A stretch of DNA of 64,000 nt, from the NCBI GenBank assembly GCA_964631145.1, contig CAZVXT010000001.1:457237-521236 (forward strand). Direction: 5' to 3'. The stretch comes from an uncultured Candidatus Saccharibacteria bacterium (GTDB taxonomy: Bacteria > Patescibacteriota > Doudnabacteria > UBA920). Position numbers and translations under genes: made by a program. Position 1 is the first letter of the stretch. Each line of letters begins with the position of its first letter. Of the stretch, positions 28,748 to 38,299 are shown in pieces. The notes beneath the pieces were generated by a model, which ran no database searches, had not been told where the DNA came from, and saw only the letters and a list, made by a program, of their open reading frames with translations.

Positions 28748-28821
28748 AAAAAGCCTCCTTTGATAGATTTTTTGTGGAAAAATTGAAGTTCTCCAGCGAA
28801 GTCATAGTAATATGACATCAA

Positions 28822-28890
28822 ATTATACGTTATTGTAATTATTTTGTCAAGTATAATGGTATTGACAATTAATTAAATCTATACTATAAT
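28822..28890. promoter_or_regulatory. Back-to-back consensus sigma70 promoters
   Basis: Minus strand TTGACA(28850-28845)-17 nt-TATAAT(28827-28822); plus strand TTGACA(28862-28867)-17 nt-TATAAT(28885-28890). Confidence 0.8.
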
Positions 28891-28968
28891 ATTGGTGCTT
28901 AAAATATTTTAGGCAAATTCAAAACTCGCTGACCATCCAAAAAGGTCACAAAAATGGAGGACATACCT

Positions 28969-29568
28969 ATGAAAACAGTTATTGATTTTCTCAAAACCGC
29001 GAAATCAATCAACTTATTGATTTTAACTTTATTTGCATTTTCAATTCTTGGACTCTTAATTTGGCATTTTGCCGGTATTATTAAGTCCATGCATCTGAAT
29101 ATACCCTTAGGATTTTGGTATTTATTTATCTTTTCTTTATTTTTGATTAGCTTAGGAAAATTTTATGTTTACCCTAGTATAAAAAATAAAGAAATTGCTA
29201 AAAATACTAACGATTCCAAAAAGCTCACTCCAGCCAAAAGAATCGAACTTCTAATTTATCCCGTCATGCTTCTATTAGTTGCTAATATTGCTTTTACTAA
29301 TTATAAAGCCGATACTAGCTATCTACTTATAAGTCAATCTAATAACAACACTTGCCCAAGTGCTGTAAAAGGGGAGACTCTTAGTGCTTCTGCTGAACTT
29401 GAAGCTACTTTGGAAGAAAAAACTGATTCCGATACGCCCGTATCTACAGTAAATGATGAGAATAAAGAAAAAATAGAAGAAAAGCCTAAAGAAGAAGATA
29501 CTTTAACTGATAGAATCAAAAAAACTATCGTAGATTACTTCTTGGATAAAGTTAAAAAGAATATATAA
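28969..29568 (+). CDS. Hypothetical membrane protein (3 TM plus acidic tail)
   Basis: GGAGG at 28956-28960 before ATG 28969; hydrophobic helices. Confidence 0.7.
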   Translation: MKTVIDFLKTAKSINLLILTLFAFSILGLLIWHFAGIIKSMHLNIPLGFWYLFIFSLFLISLGKFYVYPSIKNKEIAKNTNDSKKLTPAKRIELLIYPVMLLLVANIAFTNYKADTSYLLISQSNNNTCPSAVKGETLSASAELEATLEEKTDSDTPVSTVNDENKEKIEEKPKEEDTLTDRIKKTIVDYFLDKVKKNI

Positions 29569-29701
29569 CTACCTCAAATAAGAGGTAAACCAAAGCTGCT
29601 ATTTAAAATAAGCAGCTTTTTATTTTTTATTAATCAAAACAGCATAATTTCTTCATAAAAAATACGTTTCCACTGTAATTTAGTGGTATAATATAGTAGA
29701 A

Positions 29702-30994
29702 ATGAATTTGAATAATATCAAAAATAAAATTAGCAAATTTTTTATCGGAGCTACTGCTTTAGTAGCAATTTTTGGCTATGTTTTTCCAGTGTCGGCACAA
29801 CAAAACAATGATAACCGTAAAGACGCATTGCAGTTAAGATTAAATCAAATCAAAAGTCAGATAAATAGTTATCAACAGCAAATTAGTCAATATAAAAATC
29901 AAGCAGCTAGTTTGAAAAATGAAATTGGTATTTATGATAATCAAATCAGCTCTTTAGAATTACAAATCCAGGCTAATGAAACTCAAACCGAAGATGCTAA
30001 TTTACAAATTAATGAGCTACAGATTCAAATAGATAAGCGCAAAGCAGAAATTGAAGAGAATAAAGCTTTAATGGGGCAATTAATAGCTCAATTGGCTGAG
30101 TTAGATGGTAATTCTTTTTTGCAAATGGGACTTGGTAGCGATGATTTTTCAAGTTTCTTGGATCAGGTTCAATATACAAAAAGTGTTCAAAGTAAAGTTT
30201 ATGACTTAGTTTCAAAAATTAAGGAAATTAAGCAAAAGTTAGAAACTCAACAGAAGGATTTAAAAGAACAATTGCAAAAGTTGGAATCATTAGCAGAGCA
30301 ACTGGGTATTAGTCAAGATGCGTTAGAATCACAACGTAAATCTAAAGAGTCACTGCTTAGTCAGACTAAAGGCGCAGAAAGCAATTATCAAAAATTGTTG
30401 TCACAAAGTAAGAGCGAACAGGATCAGCTAACTAAAGAAATTAATGATCTAGATTCCGCAGCTCAGTCTAAAGGTGGTAAATCCATCTCTGTTAGTAAAG
30501 GTATTTTGGGTTGGCCAATGGATGGTGTAATGTCCCAGGGTTATGGTAATACTGGATTCACTTCTTTGGGTTATAATTTTCACAACGGTGTAGATATTAC
30601 TGCGCCAGCAGGAAAGCCTATTTATGCTCCAGCTGATGGTACAGTTGCAAATTGTGATACTGGAGAAGCAGCTTATGGAAATTGGTGTACTATTAGACAT
30701 ACTATTGAAACTAAAAATGGTAAGAGAAATATTGTTACTTTGTTTGGTCATATGAGGTCATACAAAGTTAAGCCTGGTCAAAAAGTCGAGCGTGGAGATC
30801 TTATCGGTTATGAAGGAAACACCGGTAATACAACTAGATTGTTATATGGACCAGAACGTGGTTATCATTTGCATTTTACTGTTTTTGACGCAGATACTTA
30901 TAAGGTAACAAAAGGTCAATACACATCAGTCTACGGAAGTTATTCTATACCATCAGGATATACTTATAACCCGTTAGAATTTTTAGGTAAATAA
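29702..30994 (+). CDS. Coiled-coil M23 peptidase (EnvC-like architecture with intact Zn ligands)
   Basis: Signal peptide, about 220-aa coiled coil, WP, HNGVD (HxxxD), YGN, GH, GNTG, HLHF (HxH). Confidence 0.9.
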   Translation: MNLNNIKNKISKFFIGATALVAIFGYVFPVSAQQNNDNRKDALQLRLNQIKSQINSYQQQISQYKNQAASLKNEIGIYDNQISSLELQIQANETQTEDANLQINELQIQIDKRKAEIEENKALMGQLIAQLAELDGNSFLQMGLGSDDFSSFLDQVQYTKSVQSKVYDLVSKIKEIKQKLETQQKDLKEQLQKLESLAEQLGISQDALESQRKSKESLLSQTKGAESNYQKLLSQSKSEQDQLTKEINDLDSAAQSKGGKSISVSKGILGWPMDGVMSQGYGNTGFTSLGYNFHNGVDITAPAGKPIYAPADGTVANCDTGEAAYGNWCTIRHTIETKNGKRNIVTLFGHMRSYKVKPGQKVERGDLIGYEGNTGNTTRLLYGPERGYHLHFTVFDADTYKVTKGQYTSVYGSYSIPSGYTYNPLEFLGK

Positions 30995-30999
30995 ATTTT

Positions 31000-32049
31000 G
31001 TGAGAAAATTTTATAACCCACTTAAAATCGGTTTGCTTGTCAGCATGCTTATATTTCAGTTATTAGCATATTCGCCGTATGCACAAGCACAAGGTTTGCC
31101 TGATCCTTTAAAGCCGAGCACGTCTGTTACATCTAACGATCTTCCAAAATACAATGCAGGGGTTGACCAGAGCATTAAAGATTATCTTTGTACTCCAAAT
31201 GATAATAATTTGGGAGTCGGTTTGTATGATTGTATAACTAGATTATACAAATTTGGTATTTCTTTTGGTGCTATTGTACTGGTATTTTTCGTTGTATATG
31301 CAGGATATTTATATATAATTTCTGGAGAAAAGGGGAAGGGGAGTGCAAAAAATTATATAAGTAGCGCAATAACAGGAATGATAATTATACTTTCCAGTTA
31401 TGTACTATTAAATTTTATTAGTCCAGAATTAGTAAAGTTTAAGCCTATTCAGCCGCCAATTTTTAGTGCAGCCGATTTGCCTAAATGTGAAGATATCGGG
31501 TTTAGCACAAACTGTATTGTTGGTGATCCGACTAGCCCAAATGTTGGGCAGGTGGTTTATAGTGGTAAGACAAGCGGTGGTAGTTGTCGAATTTCTAATA
31601 CCGCTGGATGTGCTGTTGGTGTAATGAAGCAATGTAGTTTATGGAATCCAGAAGATGCATCTCGTATATGTAATTTAGAAAGTGGTGGGGGAACTAAACT
31701 TAATATTGCTAGTGGTAGCGACAAATGTACTGCGGATGGGACGCCTTTTTCTTATGGGTTGTGGCAATTCAATTTGACTGTTCATCAAGGGCAATCTTAT
31801 ATGCCTGCAGCATGTCAGAAAAAGTTATTTAGCGGAGTTAACTTTGGTTGTAGATTGATAGTTTCAAAAGCAGAGTTGGATGCTTGTGTAAACGCTTTGG
31901 GTACTGCGGAAGCCCAAACAAAAGCTGCATGTGGATTGTATCAACAAAGTAAATTTAATCCATGGAAATGTTCTGCCTTTCGATGTCAGATTTCTGGATA
32001 TGGTAATCCGAATAGTAAATATTGCCCAGCAACATTCCCAGCTAGATAA
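31000..32049 (+). CDS. TrbC/VirB2-like pilin fused to a lysozyme-like/transglycosylase domain
   Basis: Signal peptide AQA; pilin hairpin YKFGISFGAIVLVFFVVYAGYLYIISG..AK..I..AITGMIIILSSYVLLNFISP; C-terminal ICNLESGG, SYGLWQFN, PW; Cys-rich. Confidence 0.8.
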   Translation: MRKFYNPLKIGLLVSMLIFQLLAYSPYAQAQGLPDPLKPSTSVTSNDLPKYNAGVDQSIKDYLCTPNDNNLGVGLYDCITRLYKFGISFGAIVLVFFVVYAGYLYIISGEKGKGSAKNYISSAITGMIIILSSYVLLNFISPELVKFKPIQPPIFSAADLPKCEDIGFSTNCIVGDPTSPNVGQVVYSGKTSGGSCRISNTAGCAVGVMKQCSLWNPEDASRICNLESGGGTKLNIASGSDKCTADGTPFSYGLWQFNLTVHQGQSYMPAACQKKLFSGVNFGCRLIVSKAELDACVNALGTAEAQTKAACGLYQQSKFNPWKCSAFRCQISGYGNPNSKYCPATFPAR

Positions 32050-32065
32050 ATATTTTATAAAATAT

Positions 32066-32521
32066 ATGAGTATAAATACCAAATTAACAATTTTATTAGC
32101 AGTAGTATTTTTAATATGTACATCAGTTGTAATTTATTTTGTTTTGCAACAAAATAAAAGCTCTAATAATACACCAATTAAATCTGGCAACTCTGGTATT
32201 TATTCTGAAGAGCAATTAAAACAGAGTGCTATTAAATCTGATATGGATATATTAACTTTAGCTGATCAACCTGACTTTTATATTACATATTCGCTTACTG
32301 CAAAAGAATTTATAATCGAATTAACACCTCAAGATTTATCTACAGATTATAATCAATTAAGACTTCAAGCTGAAGACTCATTTTTAAATTTATTAAAGAT
32401 AGGGGATAAGCAAAAATTATGTGGACAAAACATTTCTGTGCTGGTGCCGCCGTCTTATAAACCAGAATACTCAGGATTTAACTATGGTTTAAGTTTTTGT
32501 ACAGGATCATTAAAATTTTAG
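32066..32521 (+). CDS. Hypothetical membrane-anchored protein
   Basis: N-terminal TM after MSINTK; co-oriented within the pilin/DsbA cluster. Confidence 0.7.
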   Translation: MSINTKLTILLAVVFLICTSVVIYFVLQQNKSSNNTPIKSGNSGIYSEEQLKQSAIKSDMDILTLADQPDFYITYSLTAKEFIIELTPQDLSTDYNQLRLQAEDSFLNLLKIGDKQKLCGQNISVLVPPSYKPEYSGFNYGLSFCTGSLKF

Positions 32522-32531
32522 GTAATTAAAT

Positions 32532-33251
32532 ATGAACGAAAATAATTTGCAAGAAAATAAAAATAGCAATATTAATTGGTGGCTTATATCGCTAGCGATT
32601 GTGATTGGATTTTGGCTAGTTGCTATGGGTATTGTTGTAGCTGGTTGGTTAATATCAAAAGAAATGGCAAAAAAAGAAATCGGTACCAATCCATATGCTC
32701 AAGTATCTAACAAAATTGATTTTGCTACCGATGACCAAATGCCTTCACTCGGGGATGCTAATAGTAAGGTTAATTTTGTTTTATTTGCTGATTTTCAATG
32801 TCCTTATTGTAAACAATTTCATGACGAAGTATATCCGCAATTGAAAAAAGAATTTATAGATACTAACAAAATTAAATTTACATTTGCTGATTTTGCTTTT
32901 TTGGGAGAGGAGTCTAAACAGGCGGCAAGTGCATCTAGGTGTGCTCTAGAGCAAAATAAATATTGGGAATATTTTGACTATTTATACAACCACCAAGCGG
33001 GCGAAAATGAAGGTGGCTTTTCAGATGAAAATTTAAAAACGTTTGCAGAGGTTTTAGGTTTGGATAAAACTAAATTCAATTCTTGTATTGATAGTGCAAA
33101 ATACAAAACAACAATAGAAAATCTAACTAAATCAGCTAGCGATGCCGGTGTTTCTTCTACGCCTACAATATTAATAAATGGTTTAAAATTTGAAGGTGTG
33201 TTGCCATACGAAAATTTAAAACAAATAATTTTATCAGAACTATCTAAGTAG
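32532..33251 (+). CDS. dsbA: DsbA-family thiol:disulfide oxidoreductase
   Basis: TM anchor, FADFQCPYC, FAFLG.ES, GVSSTPT (cis-Pro). Confidence 0.92.
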   Translation: MNENNLQENKNSNINWWLISLAIVIGFWLVAMGIVVAGWLISKEMAKKEIGTNPYAQVSNKIDFATDDQMPSLGDANSKVNFVLFADFQCPYCKQFHDEVYPQLKKEFIDTNKIKFTFADFAFLGEESKQAASASRCALEQNKYWEYFDYLYNHQAGENEGGFSDENLKTFAEVLGLDKTKFNSCIDSAKYKTTIENLTKSASDAGVSSTPTILINGLKFEGVLPYENLKQIILSELSK

Positions 33252-33274
33252 CTTTGTATTAAAGGATTTAATAT

Positions 33275-34960
33275 ATGAATCATAGTAAGTTTTTTAAAAA
33301 AATATTTATTATTACCTTATCGATAATTTTATTAAATCCTTTGTTTGTTTATGCTCAAGGTTCTACAGGTGCTAAGCCTACTAGTACAACCTCTAAAACT
33401 CCTACAACACAAGCTCCAACTCAGATCAACACTAACCCCACTTCTAGTGATTTACCAAAATATAATGCAGGGGTTGATCAAAGTATAAAAGATTATTTGT
33501 GTTCGCCATCAAATGACGGTAATGATTTGGTTAGATGTATAAATAGAGTATATAAATTTGGTGTATCATTTGGCGCCATTGTTTTGGTATTTTTTGTAGT
33601 TCTTGCTGGATATATTTATATTATGCAAGGAGAAAGTGGCAAAGCAAAAGCTAAGAATATTTTACAAAATTCTATTGTGGGGATGGGTATATTGCTTGGT
33701 AGCTATGTGTTACTATATTTTATCAATCCACAACTTACAACTTTTAAACCTATTCAGCCACCAATTTTTAGTGCAGCCGATTTGCCTTCATGTGAAGAAG
33801 TGGGATTTGGTACTAATTGTGTAATAACAACAGGAGCAAATGCAGGGCAGGTTGTAGATGGAGATGGGGCATGTGCCATGCCTTTGGATGCGACTAAAGT
33901 AAAAGGGTTTAATGCCACAGTTCATAACCCTTGGGATAATAATCCCGCAACACCGGATAGGCATAGAACAGTTCATTATCAGCCTAATAGTCCACCGCCA
34001 GAAGGTGCTGTAGATGCTGCAATGGGTAAAGGTAATCCATCTGCTTCTGTTTTTGCTCCAATCTCAGGAAAGGTGTATGTCCGTAAAGACCTTGGTGATG
34101 GTACCGGTAGTTATATTACCATTACCTCAGATACCAGACCTGGAGCAGATTGTTCTAATGCCAATCGTTGTGCGAGTTTGGCTCACATTGATCCTTCTGT
34201 TCAAGTAGGAAATTCTGTAACTGCTGGACAACAAGTAGGGATTACTCATATGTATACAGGTTCTCTTGGACCTCATTTGCATTTTGAATTAAAGTTAAAT
34301 GGACAGTGGATTACTGGAGACGGTAAATCAGGAACATGGGGAAATATGAAATCAGCATTATCTTCATGTAAAGCTAATAATGGTGGAGATACTCCTTCAG
34401 GTTTGGTGAATGCAAATAGCATTGTTCCTAGTTTGCAAGTAGATATGCAGTATGCTTCCGCTATTCCTTCTAGTAATAATTTCACTAAGACTGCTTTATA
34501 TATCGGCAATGATGCAAAGTTCGGCTCAGCATGTTTCTTGACCAAAGACATGGCTAATAAGTTAAAAGTTGCTTATGAACAATTGCAAAAACTAAAACCT
34601 GGTTGGAAAATAAAAGCATGGGATTGTTATAGGCCAATGTCCATACAACAAAAAATGTATGATATAGTTCAAAATGATTCTAATAAAAATAATGATGGTC
34701 TTGTGGCAAAACCTACTGATACCGCCCAGCATCCGCGTGGCGTTGCTATAGATGCAACATTGGTAGATGCAAATGGTAAAGATGTTTCAATGCCAACATA
34801 CTTTGATTATTATAATAAGTCCGATCCAAAGCAGGATCCAGGTACTAGTTCTTATAACTCGTCTCCTTATAAAAATAATTCAGAGATATTAAATTCTATT
34901 ATGACTTCTGCTGGACTAATTAGGGCTGGTACTGAATGGTGGCATTTTGGATTGCCTTAA
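33275..34960 (+). CDS. TrbC/VirB2-like pilin fused to M23 peptidase and VanX/M15 D,D-peptidase domains
   Basis: Same pilin module as 31000; M23 (AVD, FAPISG, LAHI, PHLHFEL); VanX (DMQYA..NNFT, WDCYRP, HPRGVAID.TL, MPTYFD, EWWHF). Confidence 0.85.
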   Translation: MNHSKFFKKIFIITLSIILLNPLFVYAQGSTGAKPTSTTSKTPTTQAPTQINTNPTSSDLPKYNAGVDQSIKDYLCSPSNDGNDLVRCINRVYKFGVSFGAIVLVFFVVLAGYIYIMQGESGKAKAKNILQNSIVGMGILLGSYVLLYFINPQLTTFKPIQPPIFSAADLPSCEEVGFGTNCVITTGANAGQVVDGDGACAMPLDATKVKGFNATVHNPWDNNPATPDRHRTVHYQPNSPPPEGAVDAAMGKGNPSASVFAPISGKVYVRKDLGDGTGSYITITSDTRPGADCSNANRCASLAHIDPSVQVGNSVTAGQQVGITHMYTGSLGPHLHFELKLNGQWITGDGKSGTWGNMKSALSSCKANNGGDTPSGLVNANSIVPSLQVDMQYASAIPSSNNFTKTALYIGNDAKFGSACFLTKDMANKLKVAYEQLQKLKPGWKIKAWDCYRPMSIQQKMYDIVQNDSNKNNDGLVAKPTDTAQHPRGVAIDATLVDANGKDVSMPTYFDYYNKSDPKQDPGTSSYNSSPYKNNSEILNSIMTSAGLIRAGTEWWHFGLP

Positions 34961-35017
34961 ATTATGATATAGTAGGCGATCGTGCATAATAAAAAGTTTT
35001 TAAATATATTAGAGAAT

Positions 35018-35049
35018 AAAAACCCACAACAGAATAATTGTGGGTTTTA
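35018..35049. terminator. Terminator-like hairpin after the pilin cluster
   Basis: AAAAACCCACAA-CAGAATAA-TTGTGGGTTTT. Confidence 0.7.
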
Positions 35050-35420
35050 ATTATGAGTGTGAAGTGCTTATAAATTTATCTATCTATACTATAGAACATA
35101 ATTGCAACATACTATTTGTTATATTATATGTGTCGTACAAGATACATTGTGCGACGAATGAAATATTTCAAAAAATATACCTTCCCTGATATCCAAGCAT
35201 CTATATTGTGATGGTTTAATTGATCAGTAAGTATTAATCTATCGTATAGGAATTATAAGTCTTATGTTGTTAGGTAGATAAACTTTTAAAGCTTGTGATA
35301 TAGGGAGTGTATAGTGCAATCTGGGATGTAAGATGCTTTAATAACTAAATCAGTACTTCCCTACCTTACTAATTTTTTTTATATAGCATAGAAATGTATG
35401 GTTTTTAAATAAATCACATT

Positions 35421-36677
35421 TTATAATTCTTGAGTTGTATCCTTAGTAAGTTCTACCGCCTTTTCCAGAGCGGAAATAAATTTATTTATGTCTTCTTTGC
35501 TATTATCAGAACTCAAAGAAACTCTCAAACTATTTTTAGCCAACTTTTTATTTGCTCCGATCGCTATTAATACATGTGATGGATTATCGCTTCCGCTAGT
35601 ACATGCACTACCAGTACTAACTGCAAATCCTTCCGCGTCTAAATAATACATTAAAGCTTCGCCTTCTGTTCCTTCTATATAAAAGTTTGTTGTTCCTGGA
35701 AGTTTAGATAGTCCATAATTCCATTCCTCATCTTCGTTATATAAAGTTGAATTATTTTTTGGACCATTGATTACTATATGGTTAAAAGTCTTAATCAATT
35801 TTTCTTCCAAGTATTTTTGTAAAAATAAAACTTTCTTGATATTTTTTTCTTTATTGATTTGCGCTACTTTTAGCGCGGTGCTAAATCCTACAATCCCGGC
35901 TAAGTTTTCTGTGCCACTGCGTATTCCCCATTCTTGACCACCGCCATAAATAATAGGTTCGATTGCGCAGCTATTTTGTATATATAAAATTCCAACACCT
36001 TTTGGCCCATGAATTTTACTGCCATTTAGGCTTAGTAAATCTACTTTTAAATTTTGCATATCAAGATCTAAAAGTTCTCCTGCCTGGCAGGCGTCAGAAT
36101 GAAATTTGATTACTGGTAATTTGTTACGTAACCTTTTTTTATTTATACCATTAATAATTTTTCCTAATTTATAAATTGGTTGTATGGTACCGAGTTCATT
36201 ATTAGCATACATGATAGATACTAATGCAGTATCTTTTTTAATAAGATTTTGTAATAGATTAATATCTATAACACCTTCTTTATCTACAGGCAGGTAAGAC
36301 ACTCTCCATCCCTGCTTCTTTAACTCATTGAGTGATTCTAAAACTGCTTCATGCTCTATTTGTGTAGAAATTATATGACCGGGTTTTTTATACATCTCCA
36401 CAAAGTTTTTACACACACCAAAAATTGCCAAGTTTATACTTTCGGTTCCTCCGGATGTAAAAATAATTTCTTTACTATTATGAGTATTTAATATTTGAGA
36501 AATATTGCTACGGTGTGTTTCTAAAATACTTCTCGCTTCCCTACCCTGTGAATGTAAACTTGATGGATTGGCAAACTGGTTTTTTAAAAACGGCAACATA
36601 GCTTTAAAAACTTGATCATTGATATTGCCGCTTGCTGCGTTATCAAAATAAATTTTAGGATTTAGTCTCTTTTTCAT
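35421..36677 (-). CDS. iscS: Cysteine desulfurase (IscS/NifS family)
   Basis: YFDNAAS, ANPSSLH, FTSGGTES, EHEAV, NNELGT, HSDACQ, SKIHGPKG, RSGTEN, STGSACTS. Confidence 0.95.
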   Translation of the reverse strand: MKKRLNPKIYFDNAASGNINDQVFKAMLPFLKNQFANPSSLHSQGREARSILETHRSNISQILNTHNSKEIIFTSGGTESINLAIFGVCKNFVEMYKKPGHIISTQIEHEAVLESLNELKKQGWRVSYLPVDKEGVIDINLLQNLIKKDTALVSIMYANNELGTIQPIYKLGKIINGINKKRLRNKLPVIKFHSDACQAGELLDLDMQNLKVDLLSLNGSKIHGPKGVGILYIQNSCAIEPIIYGGGQEWGIRSGTENLAGIVGFSTALKVAQINKEKNIKKVLFLQKYLEEKLIKTFNHIVINGPKNNSTLYNEDEEWNYGLSKLPGTTNFYIEGTEGEALMYYLDAEGFAVSTGSACTSGSDNPSHVLIAIGANKKLAKNSLRVSLSSDNSKEDINKFISALEKAVELTKDTTQEL

Positions 36678-36680
36678 ACC

Positions 36681-36714
36681 TTGACATTATAAAATTTTTA
36701 TGACATAATGTCAA
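36681..36714. promoter_or_regulatory. Palindromic overlapping bidirectional sigma70 promoter
   Basis: 10-bp inverted repeat TTGACATTAT..ATAATGTCAA gives plus TTGACA-17-CATAAT and minus TTGACA-17-TATAAT. Confidence 0.75.
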
Positions 36715-36737
36715 TAATAAATTCAGGAGGATATTTT

Positions 36738-37502
36738 ATGAATTCGAAAGAAATAAATCAAGAATCTATTGAGGATTCAATTGTTAAAATTAATAATATT
36801 AAATTTCTTAGACGAGCTGCGATTACAAAGCAGCAAGAATCATTAGATCTATTTCGTCAGTCTAAAAATTTGCTACGTGAGTTAATTGATGATATTAATT
36901 CTGGTATTACTACTACAGGCGACATATCTAAAGATTGGTGCTTGGCAAATTATCACGATGTAGAAACTAGTGATATAGATATTTTTGAATTATTTAAATC
37001 TATAGAAAAATTAAAGCAAAAATTTATCAATAATACAGGAAAGTTGATTTGGATTATTGGAATCGAACAAACCCCTTTTAATGATTATATTGAGTCTCAT
37101 GTATTAGGCAGATTAATAGATAGTGATTTTAAACTATCTTATATTGGTGCTCGTTTAGATCTGCAATACGCAGATCTAAGTTTTCCAATAAAAAATTTTG
37201 TGATGATTAGCGGTTCTAAAAATGGACCTTATCATGCTAATGGAGTTAGTATTACTTTAACAATTGGCGAGACTCATAAACAATATTCCTTTGATCTAAC
37301 TAAGTTTGGTAAAAACTGTAAGCATTTGCCACCTTTGCGGTATCTAAATGAAGGGTTCCCTATAGAGCGTGTATGGTTAGAAGTAATTATCGGAGAAGAA
37401 AGTATAGATGAGTGGATAGTTTTTGCTGATAAAACTTCCTCAGACAGTTATTACAGGAGCATAATGGATAAATTAAAATCCGCTCTAGATAATCTAAAAT
37501 AA
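36738..37502 (+). CDS. Hypothetical protein (orphan)
   Basis: GGAGG 36726-36730 before ATG 36738; no motif recognised. Confidence 0.7.
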   Translation: MNSKEINQESIEDSIVKINNIKFLRRAAITKQQESLDLFRQSKNLLRELIDDINSGITTTGDISKDWCLANYHDVETSDIDIFELFKSIEKLKQKFINNTGKLIWIIGIEQTPFNDYIESHVLGRLIDSDFKLSYIGARLDLQYADLSFPIKNFVMISGSKNGPYHANGVSITLTIGETHKQYSFDLTKFGKNCKHLPPLRYLNEGFPIERVWLEVIIGEESIDEWIVFADKTSSDSYYRSIMDKLKSALDNLK

Positions 37503-37538
37503 ATATTATGATGTCAATTATAAATTTAGGAGGACTTT

Positions 37539-37910
37539 ATGAGTAATATACTTGTTATTTTTAAAACCGACACTTTTAATAAAGGATCATATAACTGTTT
37601 AAGTTTTATGAGTTGGGAAAATTCTATCACACCTTCTGAAGCAATAAACTCTTGTTTAAACGGAACATGGAAAAATTCTTATATAGCAGGTAATTTTGAG
37701 CAATTAAAGCTGATGCTAGAAAAAGAAGTAATTCGTAGAAAGATCAAACGCGAAGATCTAATTTTAAGCCCAGTTCAAATTATTACAATCCCTGCCCCAT
37801 TTATGAGTATTAGTATAAATTCAGAAAATCAACCTGTTAACACAATATGCCAACCTATAAATACAGCAGAGCTGCAAAATTTAGGCGAAATTATAAACCA
37901 TCTTTTATAA
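37539..37910 (+). CDS. Hypothetical protein (orphan)
   Basis: AGGAGG RBS; leader duplicated from the upstream gene. Confidence 0.65.
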   Translation: MSNILVIFKTDTFNKGSYNCLSFMSWENSITPSEAINSCLNGTWKNSYIAGNFEQLKLMLEKEVIRRKIKREDLILSPVQIITIPAPFMSISINSENQPVNTICQPINTAELQNLGEIINHLL

Positions 37911-37914
37911 TTGT

Positions 37915-38280
37915 TTATCTGCTGGATTTGTTGAAACCTGCATCTATGGCTTCTTGTTCAGAATCAAAACAAAGTTCGGCAGTTGTCCGATCATAAAATG
38001 CACCACCTACCACATGGTAGGTTTTCTTTTGTCCAGAAATATTTCCTTTGATTAAGCAATTAGTATCCCCTGCTCCTGTTATATTATTAACAGGTTTTTT
38101 ATTTTCTGTTTTTTGCGAGCTCTCTTTATTTGTGGTATAATTAGATTGATTTTTATTCTTATTGGGATATAATTTACTACCTACAGAAACACCAAAACCG
38201 AATGTTATGCCACAAACTAGTATTATCAGCCCAAATAACTTTAATTTAATATTTATATTAGGATCATTAATAAAATTCAT
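37915..38280 (-). CDS. Membrane-anchored protein with C-terminal 'sunset'/Ada-like small domain
   Basis: TM followed by CLIKGNIS...YHV.GG.FYD.T..E.CF.SE.EA..AGF. Confidence 0.75.
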   Translation of the reverse strand: MNFINDPNINIKLKLFGLIILVCGITFGFGVSVGSKLYPNKNKNQSNYTTNKESSQKTENKKPVNNITGAGDTNCLIKGNISGQKKTYHVVGGAFYDRTTAELCFDSEQEAIDAGFNKSSR

Positions 38281-38299
38281 TTAATAAGAGGGTTAATTT

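Noticed and set aside
33275-34960. Vancomycin resistance gene (vanX)
   Set aside because: The VanX-like domain is fused to a secreted pilin/M23 protein with no vanH/A/R/S context.
34961-35420. 460-bp gap without a long ORF; short GTG-started frame (MHNKKFLNIL...) resembling a pilin-gene start
   Set aside because: The frame ends in the terminator after about 22 codons, and I found no recognisable RNA structure or protein remnant in the rest.
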